Assembly: GCA_000320545.1 (NCBI GenBank)
Contig: ADNK01002660.1
Span: 15,502 to 79,501, forward strand
DNA length: 64,000 nucleotides
Reading direction: 5' to 3'
From: Bigelowiella natans CCMP2755
Taxonomy: Eukaryota > Protista > Cercozoa
Notes under the pieces: generated by a model
Seen by the model: only the letters and a program-made list of their open reading frames with translations
Told to the model about the DNA's origin: nothing
The model's database searches: none
Translations under genes and position numbers: made by a program
Shown: positions 12,482 to 25,600 of the stretch, piece by piece
Layout of the letters: each line of letters starts with the position of its first letter
Position numbering within the stretch: position 1 is the first letter of the stretch

Positions 12482-14050
12482 CAGCGATCGGAAACTTTGG
12501 TTGAGAAAATACATTAAAATCTTAAATGAGCGTGTGGATAAAGAATGCTACTTGTTAATTCATGGTAGATATGGTATTTGGTGCTGACATCTGCTGCAGT
12601 ATTTAGCGCTACGCAATTGGGAGTACATTACTTGGGATGCCCAAGCCCCAGTAGAATTGAACAGCACTCGAATGTCCCTTAACGATTCCATATCATGGAG
12701 AAATTAGTACATTACTGTTGTGACTATGCTTTGAAGTTATCGGAGTCTTGAAATCCAATGGTAAGAATTCGAAAGTGTCAGATTTAAAACTTTATCATCG
12801 GCACCTTCTAGCCGAGGTATTAACGACGCGTAGCGCCAACAGTATGCTCTCGCGAACAGCAATCTGAAGGGTGCATGAAAGAAGAAAGAATAGTAAGAAT
12901 AAGAAGATCTTGCTGCTCTGTTTTGAAGGGGATGCTACATAGATGACGAGGAAAGTGAGACGATATGTGTTGAAGGTGTCAAGAGAACCTGTGGTGTGCA
13001 AGTGTGCGGCTGAAAAGCTATCAGACTGTGTCCTTGAGGTAGTGTGAGGAAGGACAAGGACGAGGAGGACAGGAACACGGAGATAAACGAGTGTCAAAAA
13101 TCGATTCCAACATGTCGCTTTAAGCCTGAGTTTTCTCTCAATTTTGTCGCTACAAAATGTCGAGGAAGTGAGGCAAATTTGTTGCAACCTGGTGTGAGAG
13201 GCGATATGTTAATCATAACAGAGCTGAGCGCCACCTTTAGATGTTCCTTCTGGAATATGAACGGCAAGGAAATAACACAGTGAGAGCTTAAACCTAAAGG
13301 CATCATGAGACAGCGACTCTGTAGTTGCGCAAGTGAGTAACACTGAGGCATAACATAAACACTTGCTTATAACCATGCCATTTTACCGCCTTTTCCTTGT
13401 AGTCTTCTTCAAAGACCCATCTCAGTCCCCCGTGCATGCTCGGTTGTAGCCATGCTATCACCTATCAAATTGATTATGCTCCTTCACAAATCCCAGCTAT
13501 TTGTACATCGAAGAGGTCAAATCCTCTCCAAAATAACTAACGCAGTAGGTAAGTGCGTATTACAAGCAGCAGCAACCTCTTTAAGATAGACTTTGTTGAA
13601 GTTAAACTTGGCACGATGATTAAACGGCTGCAGAACAGACACATACTGCAAATCTCCATTTTTCTGCTCATGCGATGAGGAAGAGGGGGGAGGGCAGGAG
13701 GAAGATGAAGAAGAGCCTGACGTCGTCGTTGCCGGCCTGCGCTTCTTCTGTGTATGAGCTTGGGAGAATTGCACAATGAACTGGCCAACGCGCCTTCTCT
13801 CGAACGACGAATACTGAGAACGCATTTCGATGGTAATGATGATGTTAATTTACGCTTATCAGACACAGCCCCCAAGCATCTACGGCATGCACATTCAAAC
13901 ATATTCACCTGCGATCTGAAGTAATGCTTCCTAGCCGCCCATCCTTTCAGCAACGCTCGATCGAATATGTCAGTCTTCGTCTCCATTCTGCAGCGCAGCT
14001 GCTGCCTTCTCAGGCACGAGTATTTCCGAATAAAGAAGTTGAGATTTTTG
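10400..14050 (-). CDS. Poorly resolved multi-exon hypothetical gene(s)
   Basis: Short GT-AG-bounded open segments between microsatellite introns, e.g. VIAWLQPSMHGGLRWVFEEDYKEKA (~13387-13461), acidic exon EYRYDEEGEENH...VKILQ (~11525-11800), and Cys-containing exons at 10650-11100. No family recognised. Confidence 0.3.
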
Positions 14051-14259
14051 ATCAGATATTTCAACATATAATTTCGAAAATTATTTTTCATTTATTTTTT
14101 CTGAGTGATATTATTGACGCATAGTTTTTCCATATCTATATTAGAAACTACGATGTTTCTAGGAATAATATATTTCTATTTCGAATATTCACTCTTGTAA
14201 TAAAATAGTGGATATATGTCTCATGCGACATGATGTTCTTCTCAGTCTCACTAGCTCAT

Positions 14260-15697
14260 TCAGGATTGGAATGATCGTATTGCATAAATTGGTCCGATTT
14301 CAATGCATACGACATCGAATATACGAAGTTTTGTTAAGAAGTACGCGGAATCCTTATTTCGACACATTTTTGAACCGAGTGGCTTCGGGAGCATCATGTC
14401 CAGGGTGCACACTGCCTTGCTTGTGGGAGGGGAGGCAGAGGGGCAAAAATTGCGCCTTAATTTTGAACTAACGACTCTTGCTTTCAGGAAGCTCAGAAGC
14501 AGAAGAAGCTGCTCTCACATCTTGCGAATAACGTGTTTTGCTCGATCGGTACTGCTTATTAAAGGATCAGTAGCGACAGCCCAACGATACGATGTTTCCT
14601 CATCTAATTTAGGAGTCAGAAAGGGTTGCGAAGACGGCTATTGCGGCCAGAAGGGGGTGGAACCTTGGGTAAACTGGCTGCAGATGCATAAATTTTCGTC
14701 TAATCGATTGTTGCATAGAGGGCACACATGCGACCGTCTAATGCACTTCGTGATCAGGGGACGGTATCCGTCTACGCCCTTCGAGATATTCCGCGTGGAA
14801 CTATCATCGATGAAAACGAGGTATTACAAGCTCAGCAAATAGCAGTGTAAGTGATATGGGCCCAGAAGTAAGCATCCTCATCACGTCAAAACGCCTTGTC
14901 AACAGGACAATATCGACACCTCCTATCCGGGCTTCGCACCAGTCAAGATCAATCTTGGGGAGCTACCAGAAAGCACACGCAGCTTCGTTTTAGCAACCTA
15001 CCACGCCTCGGCGAACGTGAATGACACCAGTGACCACGCACACGAAGGAGGACATGGAAATAATGGAAAGCACTGCGAAGTGAGAGAAATGCATATATCT
15101 TTTGCGATTCGTGTCTCTGGGCAAATATTAATAAAAATAGCTGAGATAAGTTTTGGGGAGAGCTTCTTAGCATAAAGCTTTGGGAAAAATATTCTTCTGA
15201 TGTTGTATGAGCAATGCTTAGCGAATTGTGTGACAACCAAATCTTTTCTTTCACCCGAGCAAATTCCTGGTGAACCTGCCATGGTTTTCTATCGTTGTGT
15301 CCTTTGATAAGAACAACTCAAGTGCTGTCAAATGACAATTGACCTTTCTAACGCGAATTCATTAGGAGCGCTTAGTGCGAAAGAGGAAGAAAATGAAGAT
15401 CGAAAAGAAGAAAGCTGCACCCTCCTTTTCCTTGATGTCCTCCGAACCAGAAGCTAGCACCGTGATCGTGTTACCGTGCTATGGACTTGCAGGGCTAATC
15501 CGACCACTTTCCTATGTTCGAAGAACGCAAAGTGGAGGAGGAGGAGGAGGAGGCGGAGGAGGGGTAAATGTCGCCACAGAATAAAGCATATGTTTGGACG
15601 CTATAATGATTGTATGGAAGAGAAGAATAATGGTATCTACGAGCTAGTTTTAACTTCCTCGCATCCTTTCCTCCCACTCCCCCCCCCCTCCCCCCCC

Positions 15698-15748
<51 letters not shown>

Positions 15749-16521
15749 AATCAGAATATTACTTATGAGGCCAATTGCATCCTTGTTGACTCGAAGAAGA
15801 CTGTTAGAAGATCGTCGCGGAAACGACATAGAGCTTCCTCTTCAGCTCCCTTCTCCCCTTCTTCTTCTTCTTCTTCTTCTTCTTCATCTTCACCAGTGAA
15901 GCATCTCTGCGCTAAGCGCGACATAAGTAGCACAAATACATCCATAATTTATATCTTTAAAACACGCACGCACACACGCACACACAAAGGGAGAGGGAGG
16001 GAGGGAGGGAGAGAGAGAGAGAGAGCGAGGATGAAATCTGTACATGTCTTGTCATTCAGAGAAGGGCGAGGAGCTGATAGTCGCTGCTGGCGAAACGATG
16101 TTCTCAACCAATGTAATCGCTACTATAAGCAAAATAGTCGCTACAAATAGATATACGTGCCACTTCTAAGTCGTTTGAAACACGCTTGTGACAAAACAAC
16201 AACAGGCGGTATTACGCGCTCGTACCCCTCCTCTTCGCTTCTCCTCGGCGCGATCCAAGAAGCTAGAGAATCAGCTAAAGAACGGGCTGCCATGGTCCCT
16301 TGGTGCTACCAGATATGGTGGGTATTATGTTTATAAAACTGTTCGTCTCGCTCTCTTCCTCGCCTCTTCTCTCTAACTCTCTCCCCCCCCTCTGCTAGGT
16401 GTGGGGGCATTCGCCATCAAGAAGCTTCCAAAAGGGTTCGTGGTCGATACGTTCTTGTCAAAGATTGACACAACGGCAAGAAAGGTGGATCTTTCTTGGG
16501 AGCAGATTAAGGTTAAGTGTG

Positions 16522-16571
<50 letters not shown>

Positions 16572-17499
16572 TGTGTTTGTTTGTTATTTTTAAAAAACCA
16601 AACCAAACTTTGTATCACTTCTCCCATTCACGTGCACGCTCGTTGCCGCGTAGTTTTTCAATTCCTTTCACCCGCATTGTGAGACGAATACTGTTTACAG
16701 GCTTATGGTGTACCAAAGGAGGTTCAATCGCGCGTGCAGACCTTGTCCGTGTTAATGACACTGCGCACACTCGAAATACACAACGCTCATAATCAGCCCA
16801 CAAATGCATAAAAGAAGGAGACCCCTTCCCCCTCCACACCCCTCTCTCTTCTGTTTCTCACATCGAGCGTTGGCGCGACTTTACATTTTTTGTGTTTCAT
16901 TATTTTAATGTCTGAGAAGGTATCAGTCAGAAGACGAGCGTGTGACGATTCCATCATTCGGTTTCAATCTTAAGCGTCTCAGCTCCTTTCTCAATCACTC
17001 GGTGAGGAGGGGAAATCTTCCAATTTAGCAGGCATCCCCTGCTCTAAATAGGGGGATTTTTTTGAGTGACAGAGAAGAGACACTGATATTGGCCGTAATT
17101 CTGATATCCGTATGTGGCACGTAGGATAACAAACGAGTGTATTTTCAATAACATTTAAGACATAACTGCGATTCCAATGTCATGACGTCTTTCATTCAGC
17201 CTCTAGAGATTCGATCGTACAATGCAGTTTACGATGTTTCTTGTTTCTGTGTGCAATAGGCAAAGGAACGCGTAAATTGCACCTATGAATTCTTTGGGGA
17301 ATCAGTCTTTGCAAACATCGTAACGATTCGTGAAGTAGCATGTGGAGAAGAACTGACGATAGATTATGACAATTACTTGTCTGAGACCCAAAAAGAGTTA
17401 CCAATGTTCTCGTTTCTCAGAGGCGAAGGAGCTTCTCAAGAAACATCAACAAACAATGCTTGCAGCAAGTCGCACACTAGCGTGTGTACGTTCAGTTGA
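14260..17499 (+). CDS. Tandem SET-domain protein (degenerate first domain, intact second domain)
   Basis: Domain 1: SVYALRDIPRGT (~14766-14802) and spliced AKRDIKKGEELIVA (15911-15926 joined to 16059-16085). Domain 2: GVGAFAIKKLPKG (~16398-16437), IPSFGFNLKRLSSFLNHS (~16948-17001) and VTIREVACGEELTIDY (~17320-17367). Stop TGA at 17497-17499. The 5' end is uncertain. Confidence 0.75.
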
Positions 17500-17881
17500 A
17501 GGACACATCTAGCTAGCTAGCTGAGCTAGCTAGACATGTGATGACACGTGAAGTCGAAACCGATGAGCGCGTTGTCGTTTATATATTTATTAGAACAACA
17601 ACTCTATTTCAGGAATTGTCATGTTGAATTTACAATCGTACAACGTGGGTAGGTAGCGCCTGGCACGCTAGCACGCGCATTTCCAAACACATTCGCATGT
17701 CATCTGGTGGTACATCTCAGCGCATCCTGCTAGCCTGTGGAAACAAAGCGCTGTGTTCAAGCGCATGAGATGTAATTATTCCATTCTTGCATTTCTAACG
17801 CACGCGGTAGACGCCCACATGCATGCGATAAAATGTTTTGCTTTAGAAGAGTATGAAGTAGCTACGTAAATGAGTACAAGC

Positions 17882-20800
17882 TTAAGCCTGTTTGCTATCA
17901 GTATTGTCTTCATTCTTATTTTGAATGATGGATTTGCACGTGCTCATAAATTTGAGTCCAGAACGTTTAGTACTGCGAAATTGTGTAAAAAGTATCGATA
18001 AATTTAGATTGAAATGAAAATAAATTGTCTCACCTGAGGTAAGTGTCATAGACTCTACCATCTTTGAACTAAAACGCAATAACAAATAATAATAAAACTC
18101 ACCATTTGTCTGTAAATATATGTTCTCGGATTACTTTGAGAATCACGTGTGGATTATCTGGATATCGAGATTGAGCTAACTCAGCGCTAACAAATTGTTT
18201 GAATGCAATCCTTTTTTTCATAGATCTAAAACCAAATATATTAGGGAAAATTCTTATCATTGTCATAAAAAGGATATAAGGTGAGAGATTGTACCGTCCA
18301 TTCTTATCAAAAGTCTGAAGTTCAAGCGCATCGAAATCGAATACAAATCGACGCCTATGGAAGCAGAATGAGATTGTAACTGACGATCCTTATACAGATG
18401 TTAATGGACGGTCATGTAAAGAGATAGCAAACTATAACGAGCACTAAGGAAACTATGTAATAAACCTTTGATTCGAACCGAAACGATTTCTCTTCGTAAC
18501 CATAAATGTTACCTGAATGATATACGAAAAAAAAATCGAAATTACAGTGTGAGCAGAAAGCCATTTGCAAAGTAGAACAACCTTCGTCATTCTAGCCTGC
18601 TCACGCGATGTATTTAGTTGCTGTAAGGTTTCCATTCTCTTCAATTTTCTTTTATCCTTCCTTTTGGTAAATAGAAGATTGATTTTATACAGCTTTATTT
18701 GATATGTCACAATTTGTTTCTCAACATATAGGCACGTTTACATTATTGATTGCCTAGCCTTCCTCGAAGGAGTATTCATAGATCTGATAACAATTTTGTC
18801 AGCGGCATATCTGTTTTAGCTTTAAAAGAGAAATATTATGCTCCAAACTTTTATTAAAGTAAGTCAAATATGATAAAATTGTTGGTCTCATTTCTATGGG
18901 ACACTCACATGGTAAATCTAGGACTCCGACGTTCCCAATCAGTTCTTGACGTAGCCTGAAATATTTGTATACGAATCGTACTCTCGGGTACTAGCTCTAT
19001 TATATATCGCCCACGCCCATCTAGACATGTGTGCATGAGTGTCCATTCTAACACGATGTTTGATGAATGGCATACATGATATCATTTGTGCGAATGTGCA
19101 CTTACCGGACTCCCAGTCAACATTGACTTTGAAGTTTCGACAGTGCTGGTTCTAGGAGACTTTGCTTCGATCTCTTTTTCAACGATACTCGATATCCATT
19201 CACTCCACGTGTGCCACGATATCGCTTCAGATTCGGCTTGTTCAAACAAGGTAGAAGCATCAAAATTTTCAAAGGTAAGGCCCGCCTCTTCTAGCTTTCC
19301 AGACTCGGCAAAGTTTCGAAGCACAGCTGTTAAGGTGAGACAGAAAAATTGAAGTTTTTGAACGCCCATCGGGGCAGTAGAGGTGCCTGTGTACGTAATT
19401 TTAGCTTCTTTCTCTTGTTTAGCCTTTTCCTTTGCTTCTAATTCGATCCGTTGTCTCTCTTTTCTCGCTTCTTCAGCTTGTCTTTCTAACTCTTGTCGGG
19501 AGGTTTCAGCTTTCCTTTCTATATCTGCTTGCATTTTTTGCTTCCATTCTAGGAATTCCTGTCGTTCAGCTTCCAATTTTTGCCTTTCTTTCTCAATCTT
19601 TTGCTTTTGAAGGTCAGCTTCTTCTTTAGCTTTTTGCTCACGCTCAACAATCTCCTTCAATTTTCGTTGGCGCTCTAATTCTTGCTCCCGATCTCTTATC
19701 TCTTGTTCACGCTTTTTAAAAAGATACCCAGGCTCGACAAGCTCCTTTTTACGATCGTCAGACATACCCTCAAGAACTCCTCCTTTGCCAAACAGGAGTA
19801 TTTTACATACTTCAATCTTTTCTTTTCCGTCTCCACGAGCTCTTGAAATTTCAAACCGAATAGTGGGGAACGGTTTAATATTGGGAATCAGATCATCTAG
19901 GGTTGCCTTGATGCATATGAAAGCCAAAGAATTCAACACCTTCCTCGGGTGTTTCATAAGAGCTAGATCATCCACTTCAAATAGTGCCTCCCTCTGAATT
20001 CCCAGTTTTTTAAGAATATTGATAGCAGTCAGGATATTCTCCTTTGCAAGAGAAGATCCCTGCTCAACTTCACGATGGATTTTTACTTCATCTACACTCT
20101 TCTTATCAATTTTTTTGCAGAGTTCACAAAAAGCTATTCCGTCGGAGAGTCCATCAAAAAGGTTTTCGGAAACCTTAACGACCGGCTCAACTGCAGCTCT
20201 TAGCCACACTGCTGCTCGTTTCGAAACGATTTCTAAGATTTCATCCGAAGCCAGGCTGCGGGCCTGGATTTAAAAGGAGATGAGACAATAAATTGCAACA
20301 ATTTAAAAGAAAACAAGATGCAAATTCAAAATACCTTATTCAAAGTAATAAGCTCCTGAGCATTGTGTTTTGCTTTGATACGCTTTTCGAGGGTTGCAAC
20401 GAGTATTGAACGAGATTTTCTTGCCCGTATATATCGTTGCATGAATAATACAGAGCGTCGAACCCGTTGCATATGTTGAACGGCTAAAGCGGCTCGTAGA
20501 TGGGTAATGATATGTGAGGTACCCACCCGACGTCTTGCTCTATGAAGAGGTCCATTAATGACCTTCAGGAATAGAACACTAATTTTAACACATCGAGCGA
20601 ATTTCGTCGCTGCTCGAATTCTCCGTAACCTTAGAAGCCATCGACCAGCAGACTTCATAAATGCCGAAATACGTTGAAGTCGTTTCCGACGTAGATGTGT
20701 TTTAATTTTCTCGACAAGGTCTTGTGGTACTGTCCAATTCTTACCGCCCTTTCTCATAAGTTCCTCTAAGAATTCTTCTTGTTTTGACTTGAAAAAAACC

Positions 20801-23800
20801 TTGGTTAATCCCATCTCAAATTTTGTTAGATCTTTGTTGAAGCTCTTTAGTATTGCCTCGCAGAAATCCCGTTGATTAATACTAACCATTTTCTTCTGAT
20901 CTGCTCCGAAAATAGATGGAGCGTATCTATTGAAGATGTCTCTGTAAGGTACTCTGGTAGGATAGCCACATTTGATGATCTTTATCGCTTCTATCAAACC
21001 TCCGCATCGTAACTGATTTCCGACGTATAGGTCTACATAAAGACAGGGTTTCTTTTCCAGATTTGGCTTGATACAACGAACGAAGCAAGGTTTAGTTTGG
21101 TGGAGGCTCTTCATCAGTCCTCGCAACTGTTCACTAAACACGTAGCCGAGAGAACGCTTTTGACTCTCCTTCCCTTTAAATTTTTCTAATAGCCCAGAAA
21201 TAAGTATACTTTCAGATTTTGAAAATAACTCTATTGTGTCTTCATGAACACGATCACGATTTTTAACAAGGAATTCTTTTGCATCGTAGCACACGGGCAT
21301 TGCATAGTGAGAGATTTCGAAACCATTCATTCGCTGCCTTTGCTTTCCCTTTCTAACCAGCACTGGGTTAAGTGTCACCTTTTTTAGTATTTCATGGTCC
21401 CCGTGTTGTTTGAAGAGTAGCTCTGTGAATGTTTCATCTGTTGCTTTGGGTATTTTACATGCACTATCAAGTAGGTAAAAAATTCCACCCGGCCGTTTAC
21501 TGATAAGATCTAGGGTAGGTTTATTATCTGGAAGCTTGATCGGTTCCCAGAAGATGCCTTCGCGTTGGTATTCAGCCTGCTCGGAGAGCATAATATTGAA
21601 GTTGAAGTATCTTTGAAGGGTTTCGTTCGTATAATTAATGCAGAACTGCTCAAATGAGTTATATTCAAAGCATTCAAATCCGAATACGTCTAGAATACCA
21701 ATCCATCTGAGGGAGGAATCCTCGTTTATAGAAGCTTCTAAAGTTTTCCCTTTCTCTACCCCATTTGGCTCCTTACTTTCTGTATTTACATTATTTCTTC
21801 TATACTTCCTTTTGATCCTTTTTACCGGCTCAGGCGTCTTATCAGAAGGCGGAAGGGATGTTCCAAAATTTAACGTTTTCTTCCTGAAAATGCTCTCAGC
21901 TTCCCTAAGTTTTGCAAGTTTTAACTCTTCTTCCCGTCTTAGTTTCTCCTCCAATTCACGTGTTTTCCTTTCTGTCCTGAGTGTATGTGATTTTTGTATA
22001 TTTTACAAATCAAAATGATTGGAATTCATGGCACCCACCTTTCCTTCTCCAAACGCTTCTTTTCTCTCTCTTGAAACTTCGATAGATACAGCGTGAAGTT
22101 TATTTTTGCTACAACCCTTTTGTGTATATACCCACAATAAATATCATTTGGTACAGAAAAGAATCAATTTTTAAAAAAGACCAGTCAAACAGTCCACTGT
22201 ATATAGCCTTTGCAGTGGAATCTCTATTTTTAATTGCATTCTCAACATTATATTCTTTCCATACGATGTTCGAGCGAACCTATCAATTGATAAGTATTAA
22301 TCTGAGGTAGTCACAAATACGAGATCAACTACCGGAAAAAGAAGGTTTAACATAGACTAGATCGATCATCATTCAAATGTCAAATCTCTCTCACGTGGGA
22401 ACAAGCGAACCTTCAGCGATTGCTGAGTCAATCGTTTTGTTAAGTCGGTTTCATTTATTTGAAGCAATCGAGAAGCCCAGACAAGATTGTATCTAATTGT
22501 TTTCTAGTTAGTTTCATTTTGTTGTAGACGAAATAATGGTATTTCTGTTGTACAACTTCGAATCAGCAGTAATTTTGCATGCATCGCTAGTTCTTGAAGT
22601 ATCAGGCTCAAATTCGATATTTCCAAGATGAAGTACAGCAGCAGTGGTGGCAAATATTTTCGAAATATTAGATTCATCAAAGCCTGTTCAAAAAAACAAG
22701 TATTAAATTGACACTATATTTTACATTGTAGCACGAACCAAGTAAATCCAGGCTTTCCAACAATTCGGTGAAACGAAACTCATCGGATATGCCAGGAATT
22801 TTAATGTTTTCCGCTTGATTTAAGTATTCAAAATCTTCGGCGGAATCAATCCCTAAAGCTTGAAGAGTATCCACATCCAGCCCAGCACACATCTAAGAAA
22901 TGCGAGTATTAGTTGTTTTCCTACTAATCATAGCGCTAGTTAAAGCTGTATGACCTGGTAAAAAACATGAAAATTCCTCTCTCCTGGAGCCTATTGGTAT
23001 GGTGACCAAATTTTATTTCCCAAAATATAAATTAGAACAACTTATAGACGTAAATACTTGGAAAATAATTCTTGATTTCTCTAATAAATATGTTTCCATA
23101 GCAGATCCGATGATCTCTCCGCCTGAAACGTGTAGTCATTTACAACATAAAGCTTCGATGTGCATGTACGAGAGATACCTTCTTCTTCGATTTCAGGCCT
23201 ATGGAAGAGTAATTTTGTAAACTTTCCAAATCGAGACGAATTATTGTTCAATAGAGTCTAAAATTAGCATCGAATCAAAACCAAGTGCACAATTTTTCCT
23301 CGAGTCTGTCACCTTTGCATTTCCGAAGCTTTCAAGTATCGGGTTTGCGGCGAGGATTTGAAGTCATGGTCAATTTATTTCGTTCGAATTTTCTCATTAT
23401 GCATTTAAACCTGTTGTTCAATTCTTGCTGAAGTGATCAGAGCTTCATCAAATGAGTCGCCATTTGTATTTTTGTATAACCCGATAGAAGTTGTATATGC
23501 GAGATGGCGCATTAAAAACCTACGAAGTATGATCAGTATGATTACCTATCTTATTTCTTTGTACCGTTTTTCCCTTATGGGTTCTGATGAAATGTAAAAG
23601 TGATCATCGTTCATCTACTTCGCATTTTCAGTTTTTCCGGCTCCAGATTCACCGCACACTATCATAGATTGATTCAAGCCAGTCCTAAAAATTATTATTT
23701 GCTCAAAATGAAGTGAGATTTCCGTATTAATTCCATTCACCATATCATCTGCCGATAAGCATTCTCAGCTACGTTGTAGATGTGGGGGAGACCCTTTTCA

Positions 23801-24255
23801 TACTTAGCTTTGATTGCATATTTTTTTATCCATTCTGATTTAATCGCTATTTGTTATTAGCACTAGAATAAATTTCAATTTTAGCCATACCATTTGTGTA
23901 GTCTCCCAGTTGCTTGTATGGGTTGACAGCGACCGTAACTGAGGATATTGCTGATAGGAAATTGTGGAATAAGTGCATGGAAAATATTGTTAATAATAAT
24001 AAACACACCAGTGTATATCTGATCCTTTAAATATCTGCACTTTACATTATGCACAACATTAGGTTCCTCCAAATAGATGAGAGAGGAGAGATCCTGAAAA
24101 TTCGGTCGTACAACCAAACTATGTGATGCGAATGGGATGAAATAAAGACATTCCGCTGTATCACTCACCGGTACCCCATCGAGATTTTTAGGATTTTTTA
24201 ATATTTTGACGTTATGCAGACGTGATCCATAGGATTTTGTCTCCGAGGCCGCCAT
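17882..24255 (-). CDS. Unconventional myosin heavy chain: motor, IQ neck, calponin-homology domain, coiled coil, PH-like C-terminus
   Basis: DLSSLIYLEEPNVVHNV, P-loop IVCGESGAGKTENAK (~23620-23665), ANPILESFGNAK, switch I NNNSSRFGKF, switch II IGILDVFGFE, NSFEQFCINYTNETLQ, FVRCIKPN, QLRCGGLIEAI, IQ-like MQRYIRARKSR, CH domain LSDGIAFCELCKKI...ENI...LFEVDDL...KVLNSL. Last exons splice to GRVYDTYLSTKRSG...DSKQA*. Confidence 0.95.
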
Positions 24256-24554
24256 AGTACCAGCTCAGCTATTCGTTCACAGCGACGTGTAGCCGTAGCG
24301 AGTCTGTGCTACAGGTTTCTAAACATCAATCATCCCTTGGTTAGCTCGAATCAAGTTAAATTAACAAATAGGAAGATGCGCTGTGCTCATAGAACAACGT
24401 GTTCTTCTTTCAGAAAGGAAATCGTTCTCCTGCATCGTTAGCTCACACATCGCACGTTGATCGGTGTGGTGTGGGCATCATTGGTGCACCTTGTTCGCAC
24501 AGATATTTGCACGCAAATGAGTCGAAAATGCCGAGCATTTGCGTCCTGCGTCTA

Positions 24555-25600
24555 CCACGAAACGGGCAGCCAGATTTCAATTGGAGTCCTGTTGCTGGAA
24601 AACGCACTCGTTTCGTGGGAAGCGACACGCAACATGATCGAAGTCAACAAATGTGGAGACATGAAGCTTCCAGCACAAGCATTCAATCATTCATCAATGA
24701 GGACAATGGGGGGGGAATCACAATGTCAAGACTGCTAGACTGTTGGGCTTGGACAGACGACCGATTGAAAAGAACTAGTCAATGAAGTGATGCAGACCAG
24801 TGGACTCCAGGACTCGGCGTGCTAGCGTGCTGCCAGGCTGGAGCAAACGAAGCAGCGCACCACCACAACCATGCAACAACATCAACACTGCTTGCTAGCT
24901 TGCTCACTCCGCACCAGCTAGCCAGACTAGCGCTAGAGCAGCGCAAAAACTCGGATCCTGGACCACTAGCTAGCTAGCTAGCTCTGGCACTCTGCTAGTC
25001 TCCATGCATCTAGAGTTTGGCTAGCTGGGACTCCAGCTAGTCAGCTTGCTCTGTGGCCTGCTAGCTTGCTAGCTTGCATTGCTAGATTGTCCAATCGTTT
25101 GGTCTGGCACGTTCTAGCTAGCTAGCTAGCTAGCATTGCACCCATCATGTGTTCACACGGCTAGACGGATCTCTTGAATTACTCGCTAGCTCGCTAGCTA
25201 GCCATCGATCTCTAGATCTAGCTGTCTGTCCCACTCTGGCACTCTGGCACTCTGGCACTGCTAGACTCTAGAGACTTTCTAGCTGTGATGATCTGGGTGA
25301 TGTGGCAAACCGCACTTCACTGGACCATCTTCAGCAACACGTGGCGTGCGCATCTAGCTCAATGCCACACCTGCTGTCTCCTAAGCTAGCTAGCTAGCTG
25401 GCTAGCCTGTCTACTAGCTTGCTGTCTCCACTTTGAGCATGGAAAATCTAGGTTTCTAGAGATGTCTAGATGTCGCATCAGATTGGCAAAATAGCGGTCT
25501 AGCGTAGCACGCGGCCGGTCTAGCGATGCTTCGATGCGCTGTTGCGGTGCGTAATGCTGTTTTCTGTGTCTAGTGTGCACATCAACACGATCTAGAAGAG
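24555..25600. repeat. TpA-depleted, CTAG-rich intergenic block with (CTAG)n runs and (CTCTGGCA)x3
   Basis: By-eye count for 24555-25380: about 33 CTAG and only one TA outside CTAG (TTAC at ~25180). Confidence 0.9.

Noticed and set aside
13870-13960. Minus-strand 'RKHYFRSQVNMFECACRRC' resembling a post-SET motif
   Set aside because: The Cys part follows a likely GT donor (CAG|GTGAAT), and the real SET motifs are on the plus strand downstream.
24399-24785. 128-aa plus-strand ORF and similar ORFs at 34.7-36.4 kb
   Set aside because: TpA loss removes TAA/TAG stops and inflates spurious ORFs; no protein-like features.
24555-25600. Explaining the CTAG blocks by CpG methylation decay or classical RIP
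   Set aside because: CpG is retained and TpA is lost rather than gained, which is opposite to both processes.
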